Notes: generated by a model not told the origin, from the letters alone. Positions 1-12,277 are shown, counted from the stretch's first letter. The stretch: 64,000 bases of DNA from Eledone cirrhosa (GCA_964016885.1 OZ024740.1:5518001-5582000), one strand, 5' to 3'. Program-made: numbers and translations.

Positions 1-17
1 CTATATTTACTATTATA

Positions 18-175
18 GGTGACAAATTGGCAGAGTTTGTTAGAACATTGGATAGAATGCTTTATGGTATTCGGTCTGTCTCTCTGCTCTCTCAGTTCAA
101 ATCCCACCAATGTCTACTTTGTCTGTGATCCTTTTGAGGTCGATAAAAAAATGTACCAGGTTAATACTGGGGTCT
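18..175 (+). mobile_element. Degenerate tRNA-derived SINE (MetaSINE-like core)
   Basis: B-box-like GTTCAAATCC followed by ATCCTTTTGAGGTCGATAAAAAAATGTACCAG; homologous to the copies at 5701-5890 and 58050-58180. Confidence 0.5.
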
Positions 176-617
176 ATTCTTCCTCCCTCTTGAAGAAATC
201 TGCTGTATGCAGATCTGGAGAGGAATGGGCTCCGCCAGGCTCAAAAATGCTCAAGAAACACTGTATGTCACTCCTACGACTATATCAAGAGTTATGGACC
301 ATACATATATACTATTACATTTTCATGGTAAAGGCTTTACCTCACATAATTATCTCACATAATATTGAATCTATGAGATTTTGAATTATTTTTTTGAGAA
401 CAATACCTTAACCTTACAGCCGGTTTGAACAGAAAGAGGTGAGAGAATTTTGGACAGTTATGGCTGGTTTAAATGCTAAACGGTTAATGTCACCGGCACT
501 AGAGAGATTGTCATGCCTTTAACACAGTTAAAGAGTCTTCTTAACCTTTTTTTGGCAGTTTCTACAGCTGGATTTTCTTCCTATGAACAACCAACGCAAT
601 CCAATCCAAATCCATTC

Positions 618-690
618 CTGGTTTAAAAGCTGAAGGGTTAAGGTGACTTGCAAAGAATATTGCAAGTCACCTTAACTCTTTAGTATTTAA
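618..690. repeat. Short palindrome / TTAA-bounded MITE-like ends
   Basis: TTAAGGTGACTTGCAA-agaata-TTGCAAGTCACCTTAA is a perfect 16-bp hairpin, extended by imperfect arms; similar TTAA-bounded ends at 408-487. Confidence 0.35.
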
Positions 691-1162
691 AAGAAAATAT
701 TTATATTACCCACAAAAATATTTTCTGACATGACATCTTTATATTTTTGTTAATAATATAAATATGCTCCTAAATATTATTTAAGTAGAGCTTCATACTG
801 TTGAAAGGTTTTGGTTATTTCTAGATGTCAATATATCTATTCATGTCACCGGGTACACTGTTAAGTTGTGTTGGTTTCTCCATAACTCCATGTGCATTTT
901 CGTCAGTCTCTGATTTATCTCAGCAGTGTATAATTCGATTTTCTCTTTTGCTGATTGACTATTGAACTTCACCAATTAATGGAGAAACATATTTCTAAAG
1001 CAATAATGGAATATGTATGTAGGAGTATCAATAATTAATGCCAGGTATCTTTATTTGAAGTTTTTGTTAAATTTTAATATGCTACCTTTTGTAACTATAT
1101 GATCTTACATTGTTGGCAAATTATCTCCTGTTAATCTTTGATATATTTATATGTCAATCGTT

Positions 1163-1203
<41 letters not shown>

Positions 1204-1299
1204 CATATATATTAATATATTCCTTCCATATACTGTACCGATTGTGTTGTTATTTCTGTTTACTTTTTACTACATATATACATACATAGATACACACGC

Positions 1300-1330
<31 letters not shown>

Positions 1331-1537
1331 AACATATCTAACCTATGCTAGTGTGGAAGATGGACATTAAACTAAGATGATGATGATGATGATGATATAA
1401 ACAATGAGTTATATGGTTTGCTGATTATTCAACAGGTTAATTTTACAACAGATTAGAAGCACTCTACAATATTTATCTGGAGTATCATTAATATTAAGAA
1501 TATTAATAAATGGAAAATATTTTTATAAAACCATATT

Positions 1538-1598
1538 TATTTTATTATACGTATTTCAAAGGTGCTAATATTTAAGTAAGCTTTCATCAGATAAAATA
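1538..1598 (-). ncRNA. Type I hammerhead ribozyme (family A, inverted copy)
   Basis: The reverse strand reads TATTTTAT-CTGATGA-...-GAAA-TACGTA-TA-ATAAAATA. Confidence 0.65.
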
Positions 1599-1719
1599 TA
1601 ATAATTGATGGATAGTGACATATCTTCATGTGAATTTAATGGTATAAGCCCATATCTTCATTGAGCTTATACCATTACATTCACATGAAGATATGTCACT
1701 ATCTTAACACCAAATATTA

Positions 1720-1780
1720 TATTTTATCTGACGAAAGCGTACTTAAATATTAGCACCCTTGAAATACGTATAATAAAATA
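1720..1780 (+). ncRNA. Type I hammerhead ribozyme (family A)
   Basis: TATTTTAT-CTGACGA-(AAG...CTT imperfect stem II)-GAAA-TACGTA-TA-ATAAAATA: 8-bp stem I, palindromic stem III, AUA cleavage triplet. Confidence 0.7.
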
Positions 1781-1837
1781 AATACGGTTTCATAAAGATA
1801 TTTTCCATTTATTAATATTCTTAATATATGAATATAT

Positions 1838-1839
<2 letters not shown>

Positions 1840-1872
<33 letters not shown>

Positions 1873-2192
1873 TTTACGTCAGCTTTTCCCTGCTTGCAAG
1901 GGTGGGACGGGAACTGATTCTGGCTTGATTTCTACAGCTGGATGCCCTTCCTAACACCACCTCATTTACAGTGAGTGCTGGGTGCTTTTTTGCCGTGGCA
2001 CCTTCACGACCACTTTGCAGTGGAATGATATGGACCCCAGTCCTATCATCTCATTTTTACAGCTGAGTAAACCGGAGCAATGTGAAATAAAGTGTCTTGC
2101 TCAAGGAAACAACACATCACCCGGTCTGAGAATTGAACTCACAACCTTTCGATTGTAAAGCCAATGCTCTAACCACTAAGCCATGTGCCTCC
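1840..2192 (-). mobile_element. tRNA-head SINE with CORE-like middle and RTE-derived 3' tail
   Basis: Minus strand: A box TGGCTTAGTGG, B box GAGTTCAATTC, then CCTTGAGCAAGACACTT, then the TTAGGAAGGGCATCCAGCTGTAGAAA tail shared with the RTE LINE 3'UTR, ending in (GAT)n. Confidence 0.75.
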
Positions 2193-2200
2193 ATATATAT

Positions 2201-4842
2201 AGGAATTATGTTAGCAGAAAAATGGGTAGATAAGGTAATAGATGTAATTAGAGTGAATGACAATAATTAAAATAGAGCTACTGTCCTAAATAGAGCTACT
2301 GTGACAATAATATCCGCTTATGCACCCCAATCTGGACTGCCTGGCGTTATAAAAGACAGATTTTATGAGTCGCTAATGCTCACTACCTCCCAAATAACTG
2401 ATAGTTACTACATAATTATTGCTGGCGACCTAAATGGTCATGTTGGACAACATTGTGAAGGCTATGATGGAATCCATGGAGGCTATGGGTTTGGTACTAG
2501 AAATGAGGAAGGCTTCAGAATCCTGGAATTCTGTGACGCTAATAACCTAACAGTCTATAACACAAACTTCAAAAAATGAGATAATCAATTGATCGCCTAT
2601 AGATCAGGGGAACACGCCAGTCAGATAGATTATATCCTTACCAGAGTGTCTGTTGTAAACACTAAATCCCTCCCCCATGAAGAATGCACCTCTCAACATA
2701 GACTCATAATTAGCGACCTCATAGTCAGGACGAGACGTACAATATAGAGGAACAGTGGGAATTCCTGAAAGTTAACCTGCTGAAGGCAACAGATGAAATC
2801 TGTAGCTGGAGCAGACCTATAGGCAGGAGGAGAGTAGCGTGGTGGTGGAACAGTAAGGTGAAGGAGTCAATCAAGGCCAAAAAGCAGGCTTGGAAAGTAT
2901 GGTGGAATGGGGGAAGTAGAGAAGACTATCAAGTGACCAGGAGGGAAGCTAGAAGACAAGTGTAGTCTGCAAGAAGGGAAGCAGAGGAAAGAAAGTTCAA
3001 GCATGTTCTACAACATGAGGACCAAAAACGTGAGGTATTCAGGATTGCTAAGCAATGTGTCAAGGAATACCGTGATATTGTCGGGGAGAAGTGTGTCCTT
3101 AATGATGATGGTGTACTTGCCATCACTGATGCTGATAAGAGGGTAGCTTGGAAGTGTCACTACGAGAGGCTACTAAATGAGGAAAATAAATGGGAAAAAG
3201 ATAGTCTGCCCCAAATCGATCCAATAGAGGGAGCAGCAGTGTTGGTTGAAGGTAGTATAATAAGTAAGGCAATCAAAGATATGAAGACGGGCAAGGCAGC
3301 TGGGCCTTCGGAGATAGTTGCTGAAATGCTGAAAGCTTCTGGAATGGTGGGACACACCATGGTCACCCAGATAGTATACCAAGTCATACAGAACGGGGTC
3401 ATACAAAATGATTGGCATAGCAGCATCATCATTAACTGCTACAAGGGTAAAGGGATGCACTAGATAGAGGAAACTATAGAAACATTAAATTAATTGACCA
3501 GGTCATGAAGGTCACAGAAAAAGTTATAGCGCAACTAATCAGAGAGCGAATTGATCTAGATGAAATGCAGTTTGGGTTTGTGTCAGGTAAAAGTACCACA
3601 GATGCCCTTTTCCTTGTACGACAACTACAGGAGAAGTACCTAGCTAAAAGTAAACCCCACCCCTATACTTAGCTTTTATTGACTTGGAGTAAGCCTTTGA
3701 CAGAGTCCCCCGCACCATTATCTGGTGGGCCCTTAGAAAACTAGGGGTTGATGAATAGCTTGTGAGAGCTATACAAGCTATGTATAAAGAAACAGTCAGT
3801 AAGGTTAGAATTAACAACGAATATAGTGAAGAATTTAGCGTAAAAGTTGGTGTTTATCAGGGCTTCGTCCTTAGCCCCCTCCTATTTATTATTGCCCTTC
3901 AGGCTATAACAGAGGAGTTCAAGACCGGCTGCTCATGGAAACTTCTATATGCAGATGATCTAAAGCTCATAGCTGAATCGATGGCTGAACTAGAAAAGAA
4001 ATTCCAAACATGGAAGCATGGCCTAGAATCAAAAGGCCTTAAAGTTAACTTGTCTAAGACTAAAGTTCTAGTATGTAGGAAGGAAAATAGGGCACAGGTT
4101 CCCTCAGGGAAATGGTCATGCTCAGTGTGTAGGAAAGGAGTAGGCAGAAATTCCATTTTATGCCCCAAATGCAAAGTATGGGTACATAAAAGATGTAGTG
4201 GGATCACAGGTAAACTATCTAAGAACGTAGACTTTATATGTGGCCGATGCTCAGGTGCAATAGGTAGCAGCTGTCCACAGGATACTAGCTCCTTCTATTG
4301 CCCAGATGGTTCTATAGAAATAGTAGACACTTTCCGTTACCTGGGTGACAAATCAGCAGTGGTGGAGGGTGTTCTGAAAGTACAGTAGTCAGAGTCAGAA
4401 CAGGACGGAAAAAGTTCAGAGAGCTTATACCACTATTGGTCGCTAAAGGTTTCTCTCTAAAAATTAAAGGCAGACTGTATGATGCCTGCATACGAACAGC
4501 AATGTTACATGGCAGTGAGACTTGGGCATTGTGTGCAGAGGATATACCCAGACTGGAGAGGAACGAAGCTTGCATGCTCCCCTGGATGTGTAATAGTAAT
4601 ATATGTGAACGGCAAAGCATAAACGAACTAAGGGAAAAATTAGAAATAAGAGGGATCAGATGCTGTTTACTCGAGAGAAGACTACGTTGGTACGGTCACG
4701 TGATGCGCATGACGGACGACAGCTGTATAAAAAGTGCAGGGCGATCAAAATTGATGGAAGTTATGGAGTAGGCAGACCCAGAAAAACCTGGGACAATTTG
4801 ATAAATTCCGACTTTACACACTTACACCTCTCCAAGACAATA
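2201..4842 (+). mobile_element. Decayed RTE-clade LINE (APE + RT + PHD finger)
   Basis: ORF fragments with SAYAPQ and GDLNGHVG (APE), LLYADD (RT), CSVC..CPKC..HKRC..CGRC, and LRWYGHVMR; several stops and frameshifts. Confidence 0.92.
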
Positions 4843-4906
4843 TAAAGTAGTGGCCGTACTCAAAAACGAGTTGGAAGCCATCATATATATATATATACAT
4901 ATATAT

Positions 4907-5420
4907 GGTGGCTGCCAACTCGTTTTCGAGTACGGCCACTACTTTATATCCATGTAGGAGAACCCCTACTGATGCCTTGAACGAGTGTGACTTTTTAGTC
5001 CAGCCAGCGACTTGAGAACTCTGATACAAACACTACACTTGTGACAATTATTGACACATAGTGCTGGGCCCATGGTACCATGTGATGACAAGTGCAGAGA
5101 GATCTCCAGATATAAAGCAATGCCTGTGCCGTGAAGCTTTTATAGTGAGCAAAGGCAATGCACAAAGCCAGTGGCACTCTCTTAACCAAGATAATATTTA
5201 CCAAAAAGAAGAACAAGTCAACATCATTGGATACCATCAGGGTTGCAGGTGTTATATCAGAGTTTTCCTTCTCCTAGAATTCTGCCTTGACAAAGGCTAA
5301 GGGGTCATCTCTCCCGGTGATTTTGGATGGCCATTGACTCTTAAGAGCTCCTTTTCCCTTTGACAGGTTTTGTTTTTAGTCCTACAGGATGTCCAAAGTT
5401 ACCCTCCTCACCAAGAAACC
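4907..5420 (-). mobile_element. Bipartite non-autonomous RTE-derived element (5'-truncated)
   Basis: Near-identical to 6683-7294 and 11288-11897; contains CTAGGAGAAGGAAAACTC and ends in GGCAGCCACC plus a microsatellite tail. Confidence 0.75.
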
Positions 5421-5442
5421 AAGAAATATATATATATGTATG

Positions 5443-5473
<31 letters not shown>

Positions 5474-5561
5474 ATATATGTATGTATATAAATATAGACA
5501 TATGTGTGTGTGTGTGTGTATTTATATAAGTATATTCTTCTCATTTGTGTATGTTTGACAG

Positions 5562-5665
5562 AACTGCAGAGAAAATTCCTTACCTTGCAACAACAACTGA
5601 AGGAAATTAGTGAGAAACATGAGAAAGAGAAGAAACAAAGGAAACAGCTACACAATGACTTGATG
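5562..5665 (+). CDS. Probable internal exon of a C-terminal-motor kinesin (kinesin-14, KIFC3/KIF25-like): coiled coil and neck
   Basis: Acceptor tttgacAG at 5560-5561 and donor GTatag at 5666; encodes (E)LQRKFLTLQQQLKEISEKHEKEKKQRKQLHNDLM, matching the kinesin-14 neck E..RK.LHN.L that precedes ELxGNIRV. Confidence 0.6.
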
Positions 5666-5700
5666 GTATAGTATCCTGCTTATTATTACAGACAAGTATT

Positions 5701-5890
5701 GGCGGTGGATTGGCAGTATCGGTAGAGGGTCGGACGCCATGCTTTGACGCATAGAGTTACGGTCCTTGCCATTCTGAGTTCAAATCCCGCCGAGGTTTAC
5801 TTTGCCTTTCATCCTTACGGGGTTGATAAAATAAAGTACCAGTAATGTACTGGGTAATTGCTGGCCTTGTGCCAAAAGTAGAAACAATTA
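5701..5890 (+). mobile_element. tRNA-derived SINE (MetaSINE-like core)
   Basis: GGCGGTGGATTGGCAG head, B box GAGTTCAAATCC, core GCCTTTCATCCTTACGGGGTTGATAAAATAAAGTACCAG, (ATT)n tail. Confidence 0.7.
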
Positions 5891-6400
5891 TTACAGACAA
5901 GGTTGAAAGGGTTGAAGACAGACACTTTCCTCTTCGGCGAATCTCTGATTAACTTTTTCAAGTTTCACTTGAAGAGGAAAATGAGGGTGGAGAGGCAAGT
6001 GCTGCCTTCTAGCAAGTTTGTTGAAAGGTGGGTGAATGTAGCGAGTGAACAAGACCACTCTGAATATACGCTTGTAGTTTGAGGAATGGAAATATTGAGA
6101 GAGGGCGCTTGCCCTGGTGGTCAGGGTGGCTGTGGTCTTTTGTGTGGTTTTCGCCACGAGTAACCCTCGAAGGTTTCCCCCTATTGGGGAATTTTTCATT
6201 GTTTCAATTTTCATTTTTATTGTTTATATATATATATATGTTTCTATGTCTTTTTTTTTCTTTTCTTATATAAATAATAAAAATCTTTACACGCACAAAA
6301 CCCACATTGTACCATACCGTACCGTCCTGTGCCGTCTGCAATGTTTTTCTTGATGTCAGCCCTTGTGGCCAATAAAGAAATCATTATTACCGTCAACTTT

Positions 6401-6431
<31 letters not shown>

Positions 6432-6643
6432 AATTATTGTGTACAGTGCTCAGGTGCACTACAACTCGTCAAAGGTGCTATATAACTATATACACTATAT
6501 ACACTCTACTTTATAAATTCTACTCTGCAGTGTTAGCATGGGTGAGTAGTTAAGAAATTCACTTTGCAATCATATGGTCTTAGACGTTGGGATGTGCAAT
6601 GCCTTGTGAGGGGTTTAGTAGAAGGAAACTGTGAAGAGGCACA

Positions 6644-6677
<34 letters not shown>

Positions 6678-6682
6678 CATAC

Positions 6683-7294
6683 ATGGTGGCTGCCAACTCG
6701 TTTTCGAGTATGGCCACTACTTTGTATCCATGTAGGAGAACCCCATTCCGATGCGCTGAACGAGTGTGACTTTTTAGTCCAGCCTGCGACATGAAAACTC
6801 TGGTACAAACACTACACACTTGTGACAATTATTGACACATAGTGTTGGGCCCATGGTACCATGTGACGACAAGTGCAGAGAGATCTCCAGATATAAAGCA
6901 ATGCCTGTGCCGTGAAGCTTTTATAGTGAGCAAAGGCACTGCACAAAGCCAGTCCCACTCTCTTAACCAAGATGATATTTACCAAAAAGAAGAACAAGTC
7001 AACATCATTGGATACCATCAGGGTTGGAGGTGTTATATCAGAGTTTTCCTTCTCCTAGAATTCTGCCTTGACAAAGGCTAAGGGGTCATCTCTCCCGGTA
7101 ATTTTGGATGGCCATTGACTCTTAAGAGGTCCTTTGCCCTTTGACAGGTTTTGTTTTTAGTCCAGCAGGATGTCCAAAGTCACCCTCCTCACCAAGAAAC
7201 CTTGGTGGGGTTGCCAGTTTAGTCGCCAACGACCCGACTATGAGACAGGTTGTACTGGGATACATGTTACCAGTAGCACCAACTGGTGACCTGA
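6683..7294 (-). mobile_element. Bipartite non-autonomous RTE-derived element, full length (about 610 bp)
   Basis: Starts GTCAGGTCACCAG; the 3' part encodes the C2H2 finger remnant CSVCTRVFMSQAGLKSHTRSAH; (ATGT)n tail; sits in (TACA)n. Confidence 0.8.
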
Positions 7295-7436
7295 CATAAT
7301 ACATACATACATATATACATATATACATAAATACATACATACATATATACATATATACATATATACATAAATACATACATACATATATACATACATACAT
7401 ACACATACATACATACATACATATATACATACATAC

Positions 7437-9698
7437 GTAGCTTGGACGTGTCACTACGAAAGGCTTCTAAATGAGGAGAACAAATGGGAGAAAGACAGTC
7501 TCCCCCACATCGACCCAATAGAGGGACCAGCAGTGTTAGTCCAGGGTAGTACAATAAGCAAGGCAATCAAAGATATGAAGACGGGTAAGGCGGCTGGTCC
7601 TTCGGAAATAGTTGCTGAGATACTGAAGGCATCTGGTTCGGTGGGACACACAATGGTCACCCGGATAGTTAACCAAGTCGTACAGAATGGGGTTGTTCCG
7701 AAGGACTGGCGTAGCAGCATCATCGTTAACTGCTATAAGGGAAAAGGAGATGCCCTAGATAGGAGTAACTATAGAGGCATTAAATTAATCGACCAGGTCA
7801 TGAAGGTCACGGAAAAAGTAATAGCGCAACTAATCAGAGAGAATTGATCTAGATGAAATGCAGTTCGGGTTTGTGTCAGGCAAAAGTACCACAGACGCTC
7901 TTTTCATTGTACGACAACTACAGGAGAAGTACCTAGCTAAAAGTAAACCCCTATACTTAGCTTTCGTCGACTTGGAGAAAGCCTTCGACAGAGTCCCCCA
8001 TTCCATTATCTGGTGGTCTCTTAGAAAACTAGGTGTTGACGAATGGCTTGTGAGAGCTATACAAGCCATGTATAAAGAAACAGTCAGTAAGGTTAGAATT
8101 AACAACGAATATAGTAAAGAGTTTAGCGTAAAAGTTGGTGTCCATCAGGGCTCTGTTCTTAGCCCCCTACTATTTATTATTGCCCTTCAGGCTATAACAG
8201 AGGAGTTCAAGACCGGCTGCCCATGGGAACTCCTATACGCAGATGATCTAACGCTCATAGCTGAATCAATGACCGAACTAGAGAAGAAATTCCAAACATG
8301 GAAGCACGGCCTAGAATCAAAAGGCCTTAAAATTAACCTGGCTAAGACTAAAGTTCTAGTTTGTAGGAAAGAAAATAAGGCGGCAGTCCCATCTGGGAAA
8401 TGGCCATGCTCAGTGTGTAGGAAAGGCATAGGTAGAAACTCCATTTGATGTCCCAAATGCAAAGTATGGGTGCATAAAAGATGTAGTGGGATCACAGGTA
8501 AGCTAACTAAGAACATAGATTTTAAATGTGGCCGGTGCTCTGGTGCAATAAGTAGCAGCAAGTGCCCACAAAATACTAGCTCCTTCAACTGCGCAGAGGG
8601 TTCTATAGAAATAGTGGACAGCTTCCGTTACCTGGTGACAAAATCAGCAGTGGGGGAGGGTGCTCTGAAAGTACAGTAGCTAGAGTCAGAACTGGATGGA
8701 AAAAGTTCAGAGAGCTTATACCACTATTAGCCGCTAGAGGGTTCTCCCTAAAAATGAAAGGCAGGTTATACGATGCCTGCATACGAACAGCAATGCTGCA
8801 TGGCAGTGAGACCTGGGCATTGTGTGCAGAGGATATACGCAGACTAGAGAGGAACGAAGCTTGCATGCTCCGCTGGATGTGCAATAGTAATATACGTGAA
8901 CGGCAAAGCATAAACGAACTAAGGAAAAAATTAGAAATAAGAGGGATCAGATGTTGTTTACTCGAGAGAAGGCTACGTTGGTACGGTCACGTGATGCGCA
9001 TGAAAGACGACAGCTGTGTAACAAAGTGCAGGGCAATAAAGATAGACGGTAGCCATGGAGTAGGCAGACCCAGAAAAACATGGGACGAGCTGATAAATTC
9101 CGACCTCACACGCTTACACCTCTCCAAGACAATGTCACTGGACCGAGACCTTTGGCGGTACTCAGTAATAGAGAAAACCCGCCTTACCTAAATACAAAGT
9201 AAAAACCTACTACAGTCAGTAGGCATCTCTATCAAAACACCCCCCGTCCCACCACCTCCACCCCATCCACACCGCCCCTTTCCATGTAAAGTTATGTTGG
9301 TCCCACAACATCCAGGTTGAAACAAATGAGATCGTGTAGGTGTCACGATAAAAAAACACACAGTCCACGCTGTAAATGTGGCCGTGTAGGCAACACGGTA
9401 AAAACCTCCCAGCCCCACACTGTAAATGTGGTTGGTGTTAAGAAGGGCATCCAGCTGTAGAAAACCCGCCAGACAGTCCACGCTGTAATGTGGCCGTGTA
9501 GGCAACACGGTAAAAACCTCCCAGCCCCACACTGTAAATGTGGTTGGTGTTAGGAAGGGCATCCAACTGTAGAAAGCCCGCCAGACAGTCCTATGCGAGC
9601 AAGACAACCACTCTTGCCTCAAGTGGGAAAACCCCCGTCCAAACCCATGCAAGCGTGGAACACGGACGCTAAACCTGATGATGATGATGATGATGATG
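7437..9698 (+). mobile_element. 5'-truncated RTE-clade LINE with 3'UTR and (GAT)n tail
   Basis: MQFGF, FVDLEKAFD, GVHQGSVLSP, LLYADD, PHD finger and GRPRKTW motifs; the 3'UTR has an internal duplication at 9358-9590. Confidence 0.93.
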
Positions 9699-9761
9699 AC
9701 ACATACATGCATACATACATATATACATATATACATACATACACATACATACATACATACA

Positions 9762-10781
9762 TGGACATGTTGCCAGGAAGCTCCAGAGTGAGAGTAATAT
9801 AGATAAGGAAAGTAGTCTATCTTGGACCAACAACCACTATATTGGCTCCCACTTTGAAAGATACGCTTTTGCAATCGAAGAACAGGAGATTAACACGAAA
9901 TACCTGATTCACAAAAGAGATAGGGATGCAGGCAAAACACCTAGATGTGATAACAAGTGCAGACTCTGCAGAACTAACATCGAGGATATCACCCATGTCA
10001 TCAGCAGCTGTCCAAAGATGTCATCGTGGTACTATCTACCTATGAGGCATGATGTAGTGGCCAAAACAATGTACAATGCAGTTCGTAAAAAAGATAGCCC
10101 CGATAATAAACACATTAAAAGCTACAGCAATGTGGAAGACATCCACGTACATAATATGAAAGAGTACTGGTGGAATGTTCCAGTAAAAACCCCAATTAAA
10201 TGCAGGCATAAAGGACCAGATATTATGATATTGGACAGGGAGAAGAAAGCATGCACAGTAGTGGAAATTAGCTGCCCAGCAGATGCCAATATAATATCAA
10301 AGATTAGTGAAAAGGAGAATATTTATGCAGAACTGATGAGAAATCTGCAGATACTCCACCCTGATTACACCTTCAGATTTATGCCTGTGATTATTGGGGC
10401 ACTGGGGTATGTTAGTAACTGCCTCAATACAAATCTTGAGAAGCTAGGCTTCACAGAAACAGAAAGAACACAACTAGTTAGGAAATTACAAGTACAATCC
10501 ATTAATGGAACAGTAAAAATATGTAAAACATTCCAAAAATTTTGCATCTAATAACTGCATATACACATGTACAGATACAAAGCATATACACATGCACACA
10601 TACAACTCAAAACATCCACATCCACACATACAATAACATCCATATCTACACATGCATGCATACATACATACATAATCTACCTAGTTGATATATAAATTCC
10701 AATGAGAGAGTCTTGTGTCTATGTTAGAAACCGACTCTCTCTCTATTGGGAAAACTTTGTGAAATTATAAAACAAGAAGAA
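9762..10781 (+). mobile_element. 3' end of an R4/Dong-like non-LTR retrotransposon (restriction-like endonuclease)
   Basis: CRLC..E..TH..SSC zinc knuckle followed by RHD, PDI..D, VVEISCP, K..Y..L and PVIIGALG (ORF 10018-10551); flanked by (TACA)n on both sides. Confidence 0.85.
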
Positions 10782-10858
10782 CATACATACATACATATAT
10801 ACATACATATATACATACACACATACACACACACATATATAAACACATACATACATAC

Positions 10859-11137
10859 ATGGTGGCTGCTAACTCGTTTTCGAGTACAGCCACTACTTTA
10901 TATCCATGTAGGAGAACCCCTACCGATGCGTTGAATGAGTGTGACTTTTTAGTCACACTTACCAAGATGATATTTACCAAAAAGAAGAACAAGTCAACAT
11001 CATTGGATACCATAAGAGTTGCAGGTGTTATATCAGAGTTTTCCTTCTCCTAGAATTCTGCCTTAACAAAGGCTAAGGGGGTCATCTCTCCCAGTGATTT
11101 TGGATGGCCATTGACTCTTAAGAGCTCCTTTGCCCTT
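10859..11137 (-). mobile_element. Internally deleted copy of the bipartite RTE-derived element
   Basis: Same sequence as 11288-11897 with a deletion at about 10955. Confidence 0.7.
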
Positions 11138-11227
11138 ATATACATACATACATACATACATACATACATACACACACATACAGACATACATACAAACACA
11201 TACAAACATACATGCACACACATAAAA

Positions 11228-11272
<45 letters not shown>

Positions 11273-11287
11273 TACATACATACATAC

Positions 11288-11897
11288 ATGGTGGCTGCCA
11301 ATTCGTTTTCGAGTACGGCCACTACTTTATATCCATGTAGGAAAACCCCTACCGATGCGCTGAACGAGTGTGACTTTTTAGTCCAGCCAGTGACTTGAAA
11401 ATTCTGGTACAAACACTACACCTGTGACAATTATTGACACATAGTGCTGGGCCAATGGTACCATGTGACGACAAGTGCAGAGAGATCTCCAGATATAAAG
11501 CAATGCTTGTGCCGTGAAGCTTTTATAGTGAGCAAAGGCACTGCACAAAGCCAGTCCCACTCTCTTCACCAAGATGATATTTACCAAAAAGAAGAACAAG
11601 TCAACATCATTGGATACCATCAGGGTTGCAGGTGTTATATCAGAGTTTTCCTTCTCCTAGAATTCTGCCTTGACAAAGGCTAAGGGGTCATCTCTCCCGG
11701 TGATTTTGGATGGCCATTGACTCTTAAGAGCTCCTTTGCCCTTTGACAGGTTTTGTTTTTAGTCCTGCAGGATGTCCAAAGTCACCCTCCTCACCAAGAA
11801 ACCTTGGTGGGGTTGCCAGTTTAGTCGCCAACGACCCAACCATGCGACAGGTTGTACTGGGATACGTGTTACCAGTAGCACCAACTGGTGACCTGAC
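11288..11897 (-). mobile_element. Bipartite non-autonomous RTE-derived element, full length
   Basis: Colinear with 6683-7294; (ATGT)n tail. Confidence 0.8.
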
Positions 11898-11929
11898 ATA
11901 CATACATACAAACATACTTACACACATAT

Positions 11930-12277
11930 CATCATCATCATCATCATCACCGTTTTACGTCCGTTCTTCCACGCTAGCATGGGTTAGACGGGTTGTCCTG
12001 TTTTGGGCAGTGTCTGGTCGGCTGACCATGCCTTGCTCATACAGGAACTGATCTGGCTTGATTTCTACAGCTGGATGCCCTTCCTAACACCAACCTCATT
12101 TACAGTGAGTGCTGGGTGCTTTTTCGTGGCGCCTACACGTCCACTTTACAGTGTGGGCTGGGTGCTTTTTTGCCGTGGCACCTCCACGACCACCTTGCGG
12201 TGGGGGGGGGGGGGGCATATTGTTTATATGCTTCAGCATGTACCCATGGGAGGTCGGGTACCCTGTATTACTGCGTG
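11930..12277 (-). mobile_element. RTE LINE 3'UTR-only fragment
   Basis: Matches 29045-29377, the 3' end of the LINE at 29043-32605; (GAT)n tail. Confidence 0.75.

Larger units (their letters stand above)
1491..1827. mobile_element. Inverted-repeat (fold-back) remnant of a Penelope-type pLTR/retrozyme carrying HHRs
   Basis: Arms of about 160 bp are reverse complements centred near 1655; each arm contains a type I HHR; a related fragment lies at 60236-60317. Confidence 0.7.

Noticed and set aside
4995-5300. Recurrent 79-80 aa ORFs (MVSNDVDLFF..., MLGPWYHV...) as genes
   Set aside because: They recur only because the non-autonomous element is repeated; no domain is recognisable.
5891-6214. 107-aa minus-strand ORF
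   Set aside because: It shows only a faint resemblance to a LINE C-terminus; no product can be supported.
7130-7294. HDV-like ribozyme at the 5' end of the bipartite RTE element
   Set aside because: GGTCACC/GGTGACT could form P1, but I could not place P3/L3, P1.1 and J4/2 in the required order; a descriptor search is needed.
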